Shown piece by piece: positions 31,861-42,594 of a DNA stretch of 64,000 nt. The notes under the pieces are model-generated. The model saw nothing but the letters and a program-made list of their open reading frames with translations. It was not told the origin of the DNA and ran no database searches. The position numbers were made by a program, and so were the translations under genes. Location of the stretch: assembly GCA_964389595.1 (NCBI GenBank), contig CAYMEL010000002.1, positions 20,278-84,277 of the forward strand, read 5' to 3'. Each line of letters starts with the position of its first letter. Within the stretch, counting starts at the first letter, position 1. The DNA comes from an uncultured Chlorobium sp. (GTDB lineage Bacteria; Bacteroidota; Chlorobiia; Chlorobiales; Chlorobiaceae).

Positions 31861-32967
31861 ATGCAAAAAACGATTCTCAACAATATCATACTTCTGGTTT
31901 TCGTCCTGGTGATCTCGGCCATATTTTTGTCGATGGTCTACAACTTTCTCATGGTCATTCTGCTTGCCGCGATCTTTGCCGGACTTGCAATGCCCTTATA
32001 TCGCTGGTTTGAAAACCTTTTCAGGGGAAAGAAAAACCTGAGTTCGGCAATGACGCTCTTCTCGATAGCGGTCATCCTGATTTTCCCTCTGCTGGCCCTT
32101 CTTGGTATCGTCGCGGCTCAGGCAATCAAGGTAAGCCGTTCGGTAGGACCGTGGATTGAAGATCGTCTTCAGGAACCGACTGCCCTGCCTGATATAGTAG
32201 AATCGTTTCCTTACTCGGAAACAATTATCGAATACAGCGACGAGATCCTGCAGCGTATTGGCGAACTTGTCGGCAAGATGAGCGCTCTCCTTTTTGAGAA
32301 CATTTCGTCTTTTACCCTCTCTACCGTTCAGACGCTGTTCATGATGTTTGTGTTTTTATACACCATGTTTTTTTTCCTCAGGGACGGGAGAGAGTTTCTC
32401 GAAAAAATTCTTTACTACCTGCCCCTCAGTGAAAGCGACCAGTCGAGGATGCTCGAAAAGTTTACCTCCGTCACGGGTGCGACCATCAGAGGTACTTTTG
32501 TTATAGGTATTATCCAGGGAACCCTCGCCGGCGTTGCTTTGGGGGTTGCAGGTATTGACAGTGCCGTTTTCTGGGGGGCGGTCATGACGGTGCTTTCGAT
32601 CATTCCGGTCATCGGCTCGGGGCTCGTGTGGTTTCCGGCGGTTATTTATCTCTATGCGACCGGTGAGTATGTGACAGCGACCGGTTTGCTGCTGTTTTGC
32701 GGCCTGCTTGTCGGCAGCATCGATAATCTTTTGCGGCCTATACTTGTCGGAAGAGATACCAAAATGCATGAGCTTCTGATCTTTTTCGGTACGTTCGGGG
32801 GGATCAGCCTTTTCGGTATCGCCGGATTTATTGTCGGGCCGGTGATTGCCGCTCTCTTTATCACGGTCTGGGAGATATATGGCGAAACGTTCAAAGAGTA
32901 TCTCAAATCGCTGAAAAATCCGGACCCCTGTGATGACTCGTTAAGAAACCAGGAACCCGAGGCTTGA
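31861..32967 (+). CDS. AI-2E family transporter
   Basis: Multi-TM; IDNLLRPILVG, FGIAGFIVGPVIAAL. Confidence 0.9.
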   Translation: MQKTILNNIILLVFVLVISAIFLSMVYNFLMVILLAAIFAGLAMPLYRWFENLFRGKKNLSSAMTLFSIAVILIFPLLALLGIVAAQAIKVSRSVGPWIEDRLQEPTALPDIVESFPYSETIIEYSDEILQRIGELVGKMSALLFENISSFTLSTVQTLFMMFVFLYTMFFFLRDGREFLEKILYYLPLSESDQSRMLEKFTSVTGATIRGTFVIGIIQGTLAGVALGVAGIDSAVFWGAVMTVLSIIPVIGSGLVWFPAVIYLYATGEYVTATGLLLFCGLLVGSIDNLLRPILVGRDTKMHELLIFFGTFGGISLFGIAGFIVGPVIAALFITVWEIYGETFKEYLKSLKNPDPCDDSLRNQEPEA

Positions 32968-33058
32968 GGGCTTTTGCATGACTGCTTTGGCTTTTCTTAC
33001 ATTGACATTGATACGGAGCCCGGATGTCCCTGCTGCTTTTGATAGATTCTGAAAACCG

Positions 33059-34075
33059 ATGATGCCTTATAGAGTAATGTATATAGCTGCTATGCCACGA
33101 GCGTTTACCCCTCTACTTTTTCTTCTTTTTCTGTTGTCCGTTCCTCTTTCTTCTAACGCGGAAACAGCGGCAAAGCCTGACAGCCTTAATATCGAACAGG
33201 AGGTCAACTCGTACATCGTCAAGGATATGATCACCTCGAGGGTGCTTATGTCAAAGAATACATCGCAACGTATACAGCCTGCCAGCCTCACAAAAATCCT
33301 CACGGCAATCATTGCGATAGAAAGCGGAAAACTCGGCAGTGTCGTGACCATTCCTGAGGAGGCGACTGCAGTTGAGCCAACCAAGGCAGGGTTTGATCCG
33401 GGTGAGAAGCTCCGTTTGGTTGATCTTGTCAAGGCGTCTATGGTCCGCTCAAGCAATGATGCTGCGTTTGCCATTGCTCATTATCTTGGCGGAAGCGTTA
33501 GAGGTTTTGCCGGCATGATGAACCGGAAAGCAAGGGAAATCGGCATGAAACATTCGCATTTCACCAATCCGGCGGGCTATGACAGGGATACCTATGCGGG
33601 GCATTACTCGACAGCGGACGACTTGTTGTCGCTCACCGAGTATGCTATCGGCAACGAAATTTTTAACCGTATCGCTTCTCTGGATTCCGTATCGTTCTAC
33701 GAGCAGGAAACAAAGAAAAAGTACTCCCTGAAGTCAAGCAATAAACTTCTTGAAACCTATCCTTATGCTGTCGGCATCAAAACCGGTTATACCCTCAAGG
33801 CTGGTAGATGCCTTATTGCAAGGGCGAAAAAGAAGGACATGGATATGGTGCTCGTGATGCTCAAGGCGGGGAAAAAGCGCTGGGAGCTTGCAGAGAAAAT
33901 GTTTGAACAGGCGTTTGAAGACAGCGAGCGCAAGAATGTTTCAAATCGCTTACCCGCAACCACTCAACAGTATTGCCGGCCATTCATGCCGCCCCGTGAA
34001 TTCCGAACATCTGTTTCACGGGGACGTGGCATCCATACTCTATCGAGCAAACCAGCCATTATTCATTCACTCTGA
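33059..34075 (+). CDS. D-alanyl-D-alanine carboxypeptidase (peptidase S11)
   Basis: ASLTK, SSND, IKTGY catalytic motifs; signal-peptide-like N-terminus. Confidence 0.9.
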   Translation: MMPYRVMYIAAMPRAFTPLLFLLFLLSVPLSSNAETAAKPDSLNIEQEVNSYIVKDMITSRVLMSKNTSQRIQPASLTKILTAIIAIESGKLGSVVTIPEEATAVEPTKAGFDPGEKLRLVDLVKASMVRSSNDAAFAIAHYLGGSVRGFAGMMNRKAREIGMKHSHFTNPAGYDRDTYAGHYSTADDLLSLTEYAIGNEIFNRIASLDSVSFYEQETKKKYSLKSSNKLLETYPYAVGIKTGYTLKAGRCLIARAKKKDMDMVLVMLKAGKKRWELAEKMFEQAFEDSERKNVSNRLPATTQQYCRPFMPPREFRTSVSRGRGIHTLSSKPAIIHSL

Positions 34076-34484
34076 CGGCGTCTTCGGTCGAGAAGAAGAA
34101 TGAGGATTCGATCTGAGCGTTTTCGTCCGAGTCGGAACCGTGGACAATGTTTTCGCCTTTGCTGTCGGCATAGAGTTTTCTGATTGTTCCCTCCGCAGCT
34201 TCAGCTGGGTCTGTCGCGCCGATCAATGTGCGGAAATCTTCAACCGCATTTTCTTTTTCAAGAATCATGGGGACACATGGTCCTGAGGACATGAATTCGA
34301 CAAGTTCCCCGTAGAAAGGCCTTTCACGATGAACGGCGTAAAATGCGCCGGCCGTTTCTGTTGTCAGTTTTGTTTTTTTCATGGCGACGATACGAAAACC
34401 TGCACGCTCGATCTTGTCGATTACCGCTCCGATAAGCTGCTTGCGAACACAGTCAGGTTTGAGAATGGTGAGTGTTCTGTTCAT
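34059..34484 (-). CDS. ndk: nucleoside diphosphate kinase
   Basis: [20 protein letters not shown]. Confidence 0.97.
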   Translation of the reverse strand: MNRTLTILKPDCVRKQLIGAVIDKIERAGFRIVAMKKTKLTTETAGAFYAVHRERPFYGELVEFMSSGPCVPMILEKENAVEDFRTLIGATDPAEAAEGTIRKLYADSKGENIVHGSDSDENAQIESSFFFSTEDAVRVNE

Positions 34485-34592
34485 CGTGGTGTTTATTTTG
34501 TTGATAGATTACACTATTGAAATACTCTTTTCGATACCGGCAAATACGTGTGCGAAAATACGTAATGTCGTCTGAATATGAAAGGGTGAAAC

Positions 34593-35918
34593 TCAGTTGC
34601 CGTTGTTTTCCCCATTGTTGAAGATCACCAGTATTTTTCCTACCCGCTGTCCGTCCATTTTAATCACCTTGAAAAGCAGATCCTGCCATTCAAGGGTGTC
34701 CATGACCGAGGGGACTTTTTCGAGCTTTGTCATGAGAAAGCCGCCCATGGTATCGTATCGTGGGTCTTCCTCATCGAGAAAGTTGTCGAGATCAAATTCG
34801 GTGATGAAATCGTCTACCGGAAGCAGGCCGTCGATAATCCATGTTCGCTGGCTTCTTCGCACTATTTTTTTTGTTCCTTCAAGATCGTCGGCCGGAATAT
34901 CACCGACAATACTTTCAAGAACGTCGGTAAGGGTAATTGCTCCCTGTACGAATCCCTGTTCATCAATGACAAGAGCGAGGTGCGCCCTGTTTTCCTTGAA
35001 AAGTTCGAGTACCTGAAATGCCGGAACGGATTCCGGGACAAACAGCGGAGGCTTCATCGAGTTGCGGATGGTTGCTTTCAGGTTGCCCGGCTCGAGCAAT
35101 TGCTTGTTGACGAGGTCGAGTGAACGAACAACTCCTCTGAGGCTGTCGAGACTTCCTTCAGCAACCGGAAAACGTGAGCGTCCGCTTGCCTGCATTTTTG
35201 AAATCAATTCGTCTTCGGGAGCATTGAGGTCGAGCCATTCGATCTCGCTTTTCGGCGTCATCATGGAACTTGCCCGTTTGTCGCTCAACCGGAAAATTCT
35301 TGAAACCATTTCGTATTCGACAGATTCGAAAACGCCTTTCTTCGCACCCTGTTTTATCATGAGCATAACTTCTTCATCGCTGACAAGCGGCTTTTCGATA
35401 TTTTTTATGCCGATGATTTTAAGGATGATATTTGTCGAACCGTTGATAAGGTTGACTATCGGTGCGCTGATCCGGCAGATGATATCGATAGACCGTGCAA
35501 TTTTAAGCGCGATCTGTTCAGGATGCTGCAGGGCGATTTTTTTTGGGGCAAGCTCGCCTATGATAAGGGTGATATAGGTTACTCCCACCACAACCAGTCC
35601 AAGGGCAAGTTCCTGACTGTATGGTTTAAGGACATCGATGCCGGAGAGAAGTTCCGACACGGGGCCGGAAAAGCTTACGCCACTGAACGCTCCAGCCAGT
35701 GTTGCGATGAGCGTGATGCCTACCTGTATGGCAGAAAGAAATTTGCCGGGGTTGTCAAGCAGTTCGAGAACAAGTGATGCCTTGGTTACACCTGCATCAC
35801 GCAACTCATGTAATTTGGTTTCCCTTGAAGAGATGATTGCAAACTCGGCCATTGAAAAAAAGCCGTTGGCCAAAATCAGGGCGAATAAGATAAAGAGTTC
35901 GATTATGTCGGAATCCAT
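34593..35918 (-). CDS. HlyC/CorC (CNNM-CBS-CorC) family membrane protein
   Basis: ANGFFSMAEFAI, QVGIT, GELAPK, tandem CBS, CorC domain. Confidence 0.9.
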   Translation of the reverse strand: MDSDIIELFILFALILANGFFSMAEFAIISSRETKLHELRDAGVTKASLVLELLDNPGKFLSAIQVGITLIATLAGAFSGVSFSGPVSELLSGIDVLKPYSQELALGLVVVGVTYITLIIGELAPKKIALQHPEQIALKIARSIDIICRISAPIVNLINGSTNIILKIIGIKNIEKPLVSDEEVMLMIKQGAKKGVFESVEYEMVSRIFRLSDKRASSMMTPKSEIEWLDLNAPEDELISKMQASGRSRFPVAEGSLDSLRGVVRSLDLVNKQLLEPGNLKATIRNSMKPPLFVPESVPAFQVLELFKENRAHLALVIDEQGFVQGAITLTDVLESIVGDIPADDLEGTKKIVRRSQRTWIIDGLLPVDDFITEFDLDNFLDEEDPRYDTMGGFLMTKLEKVPSVMDTLEWQDLLFKVIKMDGQRVGKILVIFNNGENNGN

Positions 35919-36020
35919 ATTGTTGGCACGAATGTGCCTGAAAATAAAAAAGTCGAAAGTTTATGCTGCAACTGTATTAGCCTGATATTTCATGAATACG
36001 GCCTTGTTCAAGGGGGCCGC

Positions 36021-36072
36021 AATATCAGGGTCTGAATACTTGTAAAAATATCAGGGTCTGAATACTTGTAAA
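36021..36072. repeat. perfect 26-bp tandem duplication
   Basis: AATATCAGGGTCTGAATACTTGTAAA at 36021-46 and 36047-72. Confidence 0.95.
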
Positions 36073-36155
36073 TAATGTATTAATTTCAAAAGATAGGTAA
36101 AAAATCCCCAACAGAAACAGCTCTCTGCCGGAGGAACTCGATTTATTGTCATAAC

Positions 36156-36205
36156 TCCCGATTGCGCGGGGATGCAAGACAAACGGTATCCCGATTATAT
36201 CGGAA
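36156..36205. repeat. two TCCCGA-N5-TCGGGA-like palindromes
   Basis: TCCCGATTGCGCGGGGA (36156-72) and TCCCGATTATATCGGAA (36189-205). Confidence 0.55.
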
Positions 36206-36399
36206 TCAACGATGCAATTGTTCCATCTCTTGGCCTGGGTTCAGTGTGTAGTTTTAGCGCTTAAAAAAAGGTGGAGCGAAGGTATCTGCAGTTGCAAGCT
36301 TGTGAATCGTTGTTCATCAATGAAATTATGGCTAAACTGAAGTCATTCCACGAGCGATAAACCTGGAGAATAGAGATAAATAATAGAACCGTAAACATC

Positions 36400-38502
36400 G
36401 TGCGGCTTCTTGTTTTTTTTGCGATGGCTCTTGTTGTTGCGGCATGCGGGAAACAGGAGCAGGATCACTCAGTCGAAGAGGCGGCGGCATTCTATAAACA
36501 GGCGGCAGAACATGCAGGCAATCATGAATACCGGACAGCTCTGGAGCTTCTCCAGAAAGGACTTGCGCTGGATACGCTTGGGGGATTCTCGTCAAGAGCG
36601 GCAGATGCCTTGAACCGGAAGAGGGTAATAGAGTCGATGACCGGAGAGTATTTCGAGGCTCTTGCTTCTCACGGGATAATCGAGCAACGGTGCAGGGGAA
36701 TGTTGCCGGAAGCCGCCGAAGCTCGGCGTATTCGGTCGAAGGCGGCTCTTTTTGCCGAACTCGGCAAGTTTGTCGAAGCGGAAAAGACATTGATGGGCGC
36801 CAAAGCGTTGAGTGTTCAGGATTCTCTGGAGCTTGCCCGATACATGAGTTTTGCGGGAAACAATGAAAAAGCTTTTTACCTCTACAGCACGTTAAGCAAG
36901 AGCGCAGACCCAGCCCTTGCATTAGAGGCGTATACCGGATTGCTTGGGCTGAGTCTCGGTACTGCCCCCGGTCAGGCGGAAGATCCGTCGGTCTATACCT
37001 ACAGGATTGTCGGGCTTGCCAGAAAGCTTGTGGGTGAAGGACGTAAGGGTCAGGAAAGAACGGAGGCACGTGCTCTGCGCAGTGCGGCACTATGGCTCGA
37101 GCTGTTTCCTGCTCATGCCAAAGATGCCAGCTATCTTTTCTTCAAGGCTCTTCTGCGCGCACGCGCTGCAGGCGACGAGAGACTTGTCCAGTTACTGGAT
37201 TTTGAGTCCAACGCAGTGCTTGCACAGAAAGAGGAAGTATATGCCCGTACTCTTGATTATTTCGAAAGAAACAATATGCAGCTTGCACGGATGGCGGCCC
37301 TGTTGAAACAAGGCATCGGTACTGAATCGAATGACGATGCGAGAATAAAGGCTTTGAAAAAAGGGTTGAGTATCTACCGGTACCAGGTATCTCCCTTTCC
37401 CGGACAGGCAATGCAGAACCTTGTCGATCGTTCAACCGGAGAACTGACGGAATTGCTTTTAAGCAAAGGCCGCTACGCCGAGGCGTTTGAAAGCGATGAA
37501 CTCAGAAAGCTCTCTGTTCTGAGAACGGCACTTCAGCAAGGTTATGATTCTTTTGTGCTGCCCAAAGAGCATAAACAGCTCGAACGTGAAGTTATAACGC
37601 TGAGCAGGGAATTGAATGCGTTATTGCAGCGACAGATGAACAATTTCCAAACAGGGCGCGGATACCAGGATCATGCGGCAACAATCGAGGCGGTCAACAG
37701 GAAACGGGGGAAGCTCTATGAAAAACTGGGAGAGGTGCGTGATATTTCTCCGCTGTTTGCCGAACGGCTCGTTATGTCACCCGTGACTCTGCGAACTGTT
37801 CAGGAAAAACTCGATGAAGGCCATGCGGTTATGAAACTTATCGAAGGGCGAAACTGGTGTACGGTTTTTCTTGTAGAGAACAGCTACGTTGACGTTTCCA
37901 GAAGAAAAGTCAACGGTACGCTTTTTCAATCCAGGTTAAAACTTTTCAGGGAACATCTTGCAGCGAATGATCAAGGTGGTTCCACAATGATTGCAAATGA
38001 TTTCGAAAGGTTATGGCTCACGAATCTTCTCTTGAAGCCTTACCGGGGGCGTTTGCGTGACATAAACCGTTTGACGGTTCTCGCAGACGAACCGTTTCCT
38101 GCCCATTTGCTTGGAAACAACCGTTTTCTCGTGCGTGATTTTCCGGTCTCGTGGATGTATTCGGCCAATGAGCTGGTGAGGCAGAATTCCCAAAAAGAAA
38201 GCCACACTGTTGAAGAACCGTTTACACTTTTCGAGGCAGACAGGTATCGGGAGGCTCTTGAGAAAAAACTTTATTTTCCGCATCAGGCGGTTTTTCTGCT
38301 GTGGAAAAATTTTTCGACTTCAGAAAAAGAAGAGCTCAGGGTGCTGCTTGCCTTATCCCTGCAGCAGGGGGGCGACCCTTCCGTCGTTCTGCATCAACTG
38401 GCACAAAATTCCGGAGCCGACAGTGACCAATGGATGTATTTTTCTGAATACGGCGTAACAATGAGTGAAAAAAATGGTGGTATCACTGTTGAGAGGGAGT
38501 AA
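36400..38502 (+). CDS. TPR-containing lipoprotein with degenerate CHAT-like C-terminal domain
   Basis: Lipobox VAAC16; helical TPR-like repeats; CHAT-like flanking segments; no HG or SAC motif. Confidence 0.6.
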   Translation: MRLLVFFAMALVVAACGKQEQDHSVEEAAAFYKQAAEHAGNHEYRTALELLQKGLALDTLGGFSSRAADALNRKRVIESMTGEYFEALASHGIIEQRCRGMLPEAAEARRIRSKAALFAELGKFVEAEKTLMGAKALSVQDSLELARYMSFAGNNEKAFYLYSTLSKSADPALALEAYTGLLGLSLGTAPGQAEDPSVYTYRIVGLARKLVGEGRKGQERTEARALRSAALWLELFPAHAKDASYLFFKALLRARAAGDERLVQLLDFESNAVLAQKEEVYARTLDYFERNNMQLARMAALLKQGIGTESNDDARIKALKKGLSIYRYQVSPFPGQAMQNLVDRSTGELTELLLSKGRYAEAFESDELRKLSVLRTALQQGYDSFVLPKEHKQLEREVITLSRELNALLQRQMNNFQTGRGYQDHAATIEAVNRKRGKLYEKLGEVRDISPLFAERLVMSPVTLRTVQEKLDEGHAVMKLIEGRNWCTVFLVENSYVDVSRRKVNGTLFQSRLKLFREHLAANDQGGSTMIANDFERLWLTNLLLKPYRGRLRDINRLTVLADEPFPAHLLGNNRFLVRDFPVSWMYSANELVRQNSQKESHTVEEPFTLFEADRYREALEKKLYFPHQAVFLLWKNFSTSEKEELRVLLALSLQQGGDPSVVLHQLAQNSGADSDQWMYFSEYGVTMSEKNGGITVERE

Positions 38503-38648
38503 AAAAATGAGCTGACGTGCCGGTTCGTGGTGTAGAAATATATTGTTAATTCAATTGTCATGAAGGCTTAATTTTTGTAAACTATATGAATTGAGCGTTT
38601 TGGAAGGATCGTAGGGGTTTAAAGGATGGCATAAATTACGCGTATGTC

Positions 38649-39557
38649 ATGGCGGATGAAGTAACATTTGGTTCGGCCGGCGACTTGCTGGTACGAAAAC
38701 TCATTCAGGCCAGAAAAGAACGGGGACTTTCTCTCGAAGAGGTCAGTGACGAAACGAGAATAAAGAAAGACCACCTGGAAAAAATCGAGGCGGGCAATTT
38801 GACAATTTTGCCCTCTGCCTATGTTTATGCTTTTTTGAAAGAGTATGCGCAGGCGCTCGATATCAACGATGCCGAGCTCCTGGAGAGTTGCAGAGATGAG
38901 CTCAGTATTCCTACCGATCCGAAAATCAAGCAGGACATTGAAGCGTTTGAAGAGGAGACGGCCAGCTCGAAAGGGGATCGTTTTTCCGGCATGTTCGATG
39001 CGGTTGCCAATGCCAGATCGGTAAATTCCACTGCCTTGCTTGCAGGCGCTGCAGCCTTGATTGTTCTTATCCTGCTTGCAGTTTCTTATTTTGTTTTTTC
39101 AGAAAAGCCACCCGATGAGCCGGGGGTTACTCAACAGGAGGTTGAGGCACCTGTGCCGGTTGCAGAGGTTCAGCCTGAGCTTGCAGAAGAAGTGCCGGAC
39201 CCGGTTGCAGTAGAAGACACGCTTGCCGTGCCTGCGGCTGAAAGTGTTCCCGTTCTTGCTGTCAAGCAGGAAGAGTGGGCGAAAGATGTTTCGTTTCTGC
39301 CTGAGTCTTCAACCTCTCCCTACCGGAAAATACTTATTGTTCGTATTACCAATGATCTCAGCTGGGTAAAGATTATCGCCGATGACGGTGACATGGTCTA
39401 TCCGGGCGGCCAGTTCAAAGCAGGAGAGGTTCTGCGTTACGAGGCGAAAAGGAAATTCTGGGTAAACATAAGCCGACCCCCGTATGTTGAGCTTTACCTG
39501 AATGGTGAAAAAGTTCCGCCTCTGAGTAAAAGAACTATTGTGCTTGGTGAAGAGTAG
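38649..39557 (+). CDS. RodZ-like protein (XRE HTH, TM, DUF4115)
   Basis: ARKERGLSLEEVSDETRIK..LEKIEAG...YA..L, one TM, SWVKI..D and YLNG C-terminal domain. Confidence 0.85.
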   Translation: MADEVTFGSAGDLLVRKLIQARKERGLSLEEVSDETRIKKDHLEKIEAGNLTILPSAYVYAFLKEYAQALDINDAELLESCRDELSIPTDPKIKQDIEAFEEETASSKGDRFSGMFDAVANARSVNSTALLAGAAALIVLILLAVSYFVFSEKPPDEPGVTQQEVEAPVPVAEVQPELAEEVPDPVAVEDTLAVPAAESVPVLAVKQEEWAKDVSFLPESSTSPYRKILIVRITNDLSWVKIIADDGDMVYPGGQFKAGEVLRYEAKRKFWVNISRPPYVELYLNGEKVPPLSKRTIVLGEE

Positions 39558-39748
39558 TTTCTTTCCCGCCGTTTATTCCGGTTTTCATGTTTTCTCTTTC
39601 CGCTTCCTGTTATGTTATTTTCTCATTTTTCAGCATGGACGTTAAAATCGGGAATTTATTGTCCGGTTTAGGTATTCCTTTTCCATGTTTGGTTATATAG
39701 TTGGTTTTTATCGTTGATACGTAACATTTGAATTGTTCAACAGAAAGT

Positions 39749-40675
39749 ATGAAAATTTATGCCAATCTGACGGAGACCACAGGCGGCACCCCGCTTGTCG
39801 CGATACAGCGCATGAAGGAACCTGATGGTGCTGAGATTATCGCTAAGCTCGAATCGTTTAACCCGCTTTCAAGTGTGAAAGACCGTATTGGGGTCGCCAT
39901 GATTGAAGCGGCAGAGCGAAAGGGCATGATTTCTGCCGAGACAACAATTGTTGAACCGACGAGCGGGAACACCGGTATTGCCTTGGCCTTTGCCTGTGCG
40001 GCAAAGGGCTATAAACTGATTCTTACCATGCCGGATACCATGAGTATCGAACGGCGAAGGCTTCTGAAGATATTCGGAGCCGAACTGGTGCTGACTGATG
40101 GCGCGTCAGGTATGAAAGGCGCAATAGAGGAGGCAGAACTACTGGCTGAGGAAATTCCGGGCAGTATCATCCTCCAGCAGTTCAGTAATCCTGCCAATCC
40201 CGAAGTACATCGCAGGACGACAGCCGAGGAGATATGGGCGGATACCGACGGGACGGTCGATGTTTTTGTGGCCGGAGTCGGCACAGGCGGTACAGTGACC
40301 GGGGTCGGTGAAGTGCTGAAGCAGCGGAATCCGGAAATAAAGATTATTGCGGTCGAACCCGAAGATTCCCCGGTTATTTCAGGCGGACAGCCCGGTCCTC
40401 ACAAGATACAGGGAATAGGCGCGGGATTTATTCCCGGTAATCTCAATACCGGGGTAATCGATGAAGTGGTCCGGGTAAAAAACGAAGATGCAGGCGATTG
40501 TGCAAGGAAGCTTGCGGAAATGGAAGGTATTCTCTGTGGAATATCTTCAGGAGCAGCCATGTGGGCAGCATACCAGGTGGGCAAACGTCCCGGTATGCAG
40601 GGAAAAAAAATTGTTGTACTTTTGCCAGACACAGGAGAACGCTATCTTTCAACCTGGCTGTTTGCCGAAGAGTAA
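39749..40675 (+). CDS. cysK: cysteine synthase A
   Basis: [44 protein letters not shown]. Confidence 0.95.
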   Translation: MKIYANLTETTGGTPLVAIQRMKEPDGAEIIAKLESFNPLSSVKDRIGVAMIEAAERKGMISAETTIVEPTSGNTGIALAFACAAKGYKLILTMPDTMSIERRRLLKIFGAELVLTDGASGMKGAIEEAELLAEEIPGSIILQQFSNPANPEVHRRTTAEEIWADTDGTVDVFVAGVGTGGTVTGVGEVLKQRNPEIKIIAVEPEDSPVISGGQPGPHKIQGIGAGFIPGNLNTGVIDEVVRVKNEDAGDCARKLAEMEGILCGISSGAAMWAAYQVGKRPGMQGKKIVVLLPDTGERYLSTWLFAEE

Positions 40676-40729
40676 GTGCAGGGGGCAATCCGCCCGGTTT
40701 TACAATTACTTAGAACGTGATATCGGATT

Positions 40730-41935
40730 ATGGAAACAAAACGGGTATATCTTGATCACAATGCCACGACACCGCTTCACCCGGAGGTGAAAAAAGAGAT
40801 GGTCGAGGCAATGGAAATGTTTGGAAACCCATCCAGTATGCATGCCTTCGGAAGGGAAGCCAGAGCGAATGTTGAACATGCGAGGCAGGTCGTGGCGGAT
40901 TTCATCGGGGCGCACGAAGATGAAATTGTTTTTGTCGGGAGCGGTTCGGAGGCTAACAATACCGTGCTGTCCCTGTTTGCCTGTGCATCCAATCTTTGCT
41001 TGCCGGGTTTCAAGGCAAGAACATCCATTATCACAACGAGAATTGAGCACCCGTGTGTCCTGGAGACCTCCGAGTGCCTGGCTCATAAGGGGACAACAGT
41101 CAGGTTTCTCGATGTCGACCGGTATGGGAGAATCGACATGGATCAGCTCAAAGAGTACCTGACCGATGATGTCGGTCTGGTTTCGGTCATGACGGCGAAT
41201 AACGAGATCGGTACGATCCAGGATATTGCCGGGATTACAAAGATGGCACATGAAAACGGTTCGCTCATGCATACCGATGCGGTTCAGGCTATCGGCAAGA
41301 TGCGAATGGATGTCAATGAGCTTGGCATAGACTTTCTTACCATGAGCGCGCATAAAATTTACGGTCCGAAAGGTATCGGAGCGCTCTATGTGCGTAAGGG
41401 AACCCCTTACTGCCCGTTTATCCGCGGAGGGCATCAGGAGAAAGGCAGACGGGCAGGAACGGAGAATACTCTTGGAATCATCGGGTTGGCCAAAGCAATT
41501 GAGATGCGTGATGCGGAGATGGATGACGAGGCAAAAAGGCTTGCCGGCATGAAGCAGACTCTGATAGACGGCATAGAAGAGTCGATTGAGGATGTTGCAT
41601 TCAACGGTCATCCGACCTTGAGTATGACCAATACGGTGAATGTATCGTTTCCGGGAGCGGAAGGCGAAGCTATACTGCTTTATCTCGATCTTCAGGGAAT
41701 AGCGGTTTCCACCGGTTCAGCCTGTGCATCGGGATCGCTCGATCCATCCCATGTCCTGCTGGCGACCGGTTCCAGCCCCGAACGTGCCCATGGTTCGATC
41801 CGTATCAGCATGGGCAGGGAAACAACCATGGAGGAGATCAACTATATGCTCGATGTCCTGCCTGGAATAATAGCAAGAATAAGAAGTATGTCAACAGCTT
41901 ATATAAGAGGAGGAGAACATGTTGCAACCAAGTGA
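40730..41935 (+). CDS. cysteine desulfurase NifS/IscS
   Basis: YLDHNATT, HTDAVQ, SAHKIYGPKG, RAGTEN, STGSACASG. Confidence 0.95.
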   Translation: METKRVYLDHNATTPLHPEVKKEMVEAMEMFGNPSSMHAFGREARANVEHARQVVADFIGAHEDEIVFVGSGSEANNTVLSLFACASNLCLPGFKARTSIITTRIEHPCVLETSECLAHKGTTVRFLDVDRYGRIDMDQLKEYLTDDVGLVSVMTANNEIGTIQDIAGITKMAHENGSLMHTDAVQAIGKMRMDVNELGIDFLTMSAHKIYGPKGIGALYVRKGTPYCPFIRGGHQEKGRRAGTENTLGIIGLAKAIEMRDAEMDDEAKRLAGMKQTLIDGIEESIEDVAFNGHPTLSMTNTVNVSFPGAEGEAILLYLDLQGIAVSTGSACASGSLDPSHVLLATGSSPERAHGSIRISMGRETTMEEINYMLDVLPGIIARIRSMSTAYIRGGEHVATK

Positions 41936-42530
41936 GTGGGTGTATACCGATACATTGAAGGAGCACTTCATGAACCCGAAGAACATTCTTCAGGGTGAAA
42001 ACACCGATGAATTCGACGGAATAGGTATGGAGGGTAACCTTTCCTGTGGCGACCAGATGATGGTTGTCATCAAGGTGGACAAGGAAAAAGAGGTTATCAC
42101 CGACTGTCAGTGGAAAACCTACGGCTGCGCAAGTGCCATCGCCAGTACGTCGATTCTTTCAGAGATGGTTAAAGGGATGACGCTGGACCAGGCTTTCGAT
42201 GTTTCACCGAAAGATGTCACAAAAGAACTCGGAGGACTTCCTGAAAACAAAATCCATTGTTCCGTGCTCGGCGACAAAGCGCTTCGGGCTGCTATCAACA
42301 ATTATTTCGAACGGAACGGAATGGATGATCGTATCCGCAAGGAAAAGGCTAAAACGATATGTCAGTGCATGAACGTCACCGATGCAGAAATAGAAGAGAA
42401 TATTCTTGAAGGGGCACGAACCTTTTATGAGCTGCAGGAGCACACCAAGCTCGGAACGGTTTGCGGGCAGTGCAAGGAAGAAGTGGAAGAGCTGATCGAA
42501 AAATACAAGCACCTCCATTTCGGCGAATAA
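41919..42530 (+). CDS. two-domain NifU-type Fe-S scaffold (IscU + BFD-like [2Fe-2S])
   Basis: SCGDQM, YGCASAIAS, KIHCS; CQC...CGQC; no C-terminal Nfu domain. Confidence 0.9.
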   Translation: MLQPSEWVYTDTLKEHFMNPKNILQGENTDEFDGIGMEGNLSCGDQMMVVIKVDKEKEVITDCQWKTYGCASAIASTSILSEMVKGMTLDQAFDVSPKDVTKELGGLPENKIHCSVLGDKALRAAINNYFERNGMDDRIRKEKAKTICQCMNVTDAEIEENILEGARTFYELQEHTKLGTVCGQCKEEVEELIEKYKHLHFGE

Positions 42531-42558
42531 CGATAGCCGCACAGTCGTTTTCATTGTG

Positions 42559-42594
42559 AAAAGCAGGCATAGTATCATATGCCTGCTTTTTTTT
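42559..42594 (+). terminator. intrinsic terminator after nifU-like gene
   Basis: AAAAGCAGGCATA-GTATCA-TATGCCTGCTTTT plus T run. Confidence 0.85.

Noticed and set aside
33920-34075. Non-family C-terminal tail of the DD-carboxypeptidase overlapping the ndk 3' end by 17 nt
   Set aside because: Short convergent overlaps are common (also manC-like/cysS); no evidence of function or of a recoverable shifted frame.
39690-39725. ATAGTTG-containing stretch upstream of cysK resembling an IscR/Rrf2 box
   Set aside because: Only a weak partial match without dyad symmetry, and no Rrf2 gene is adjacent.
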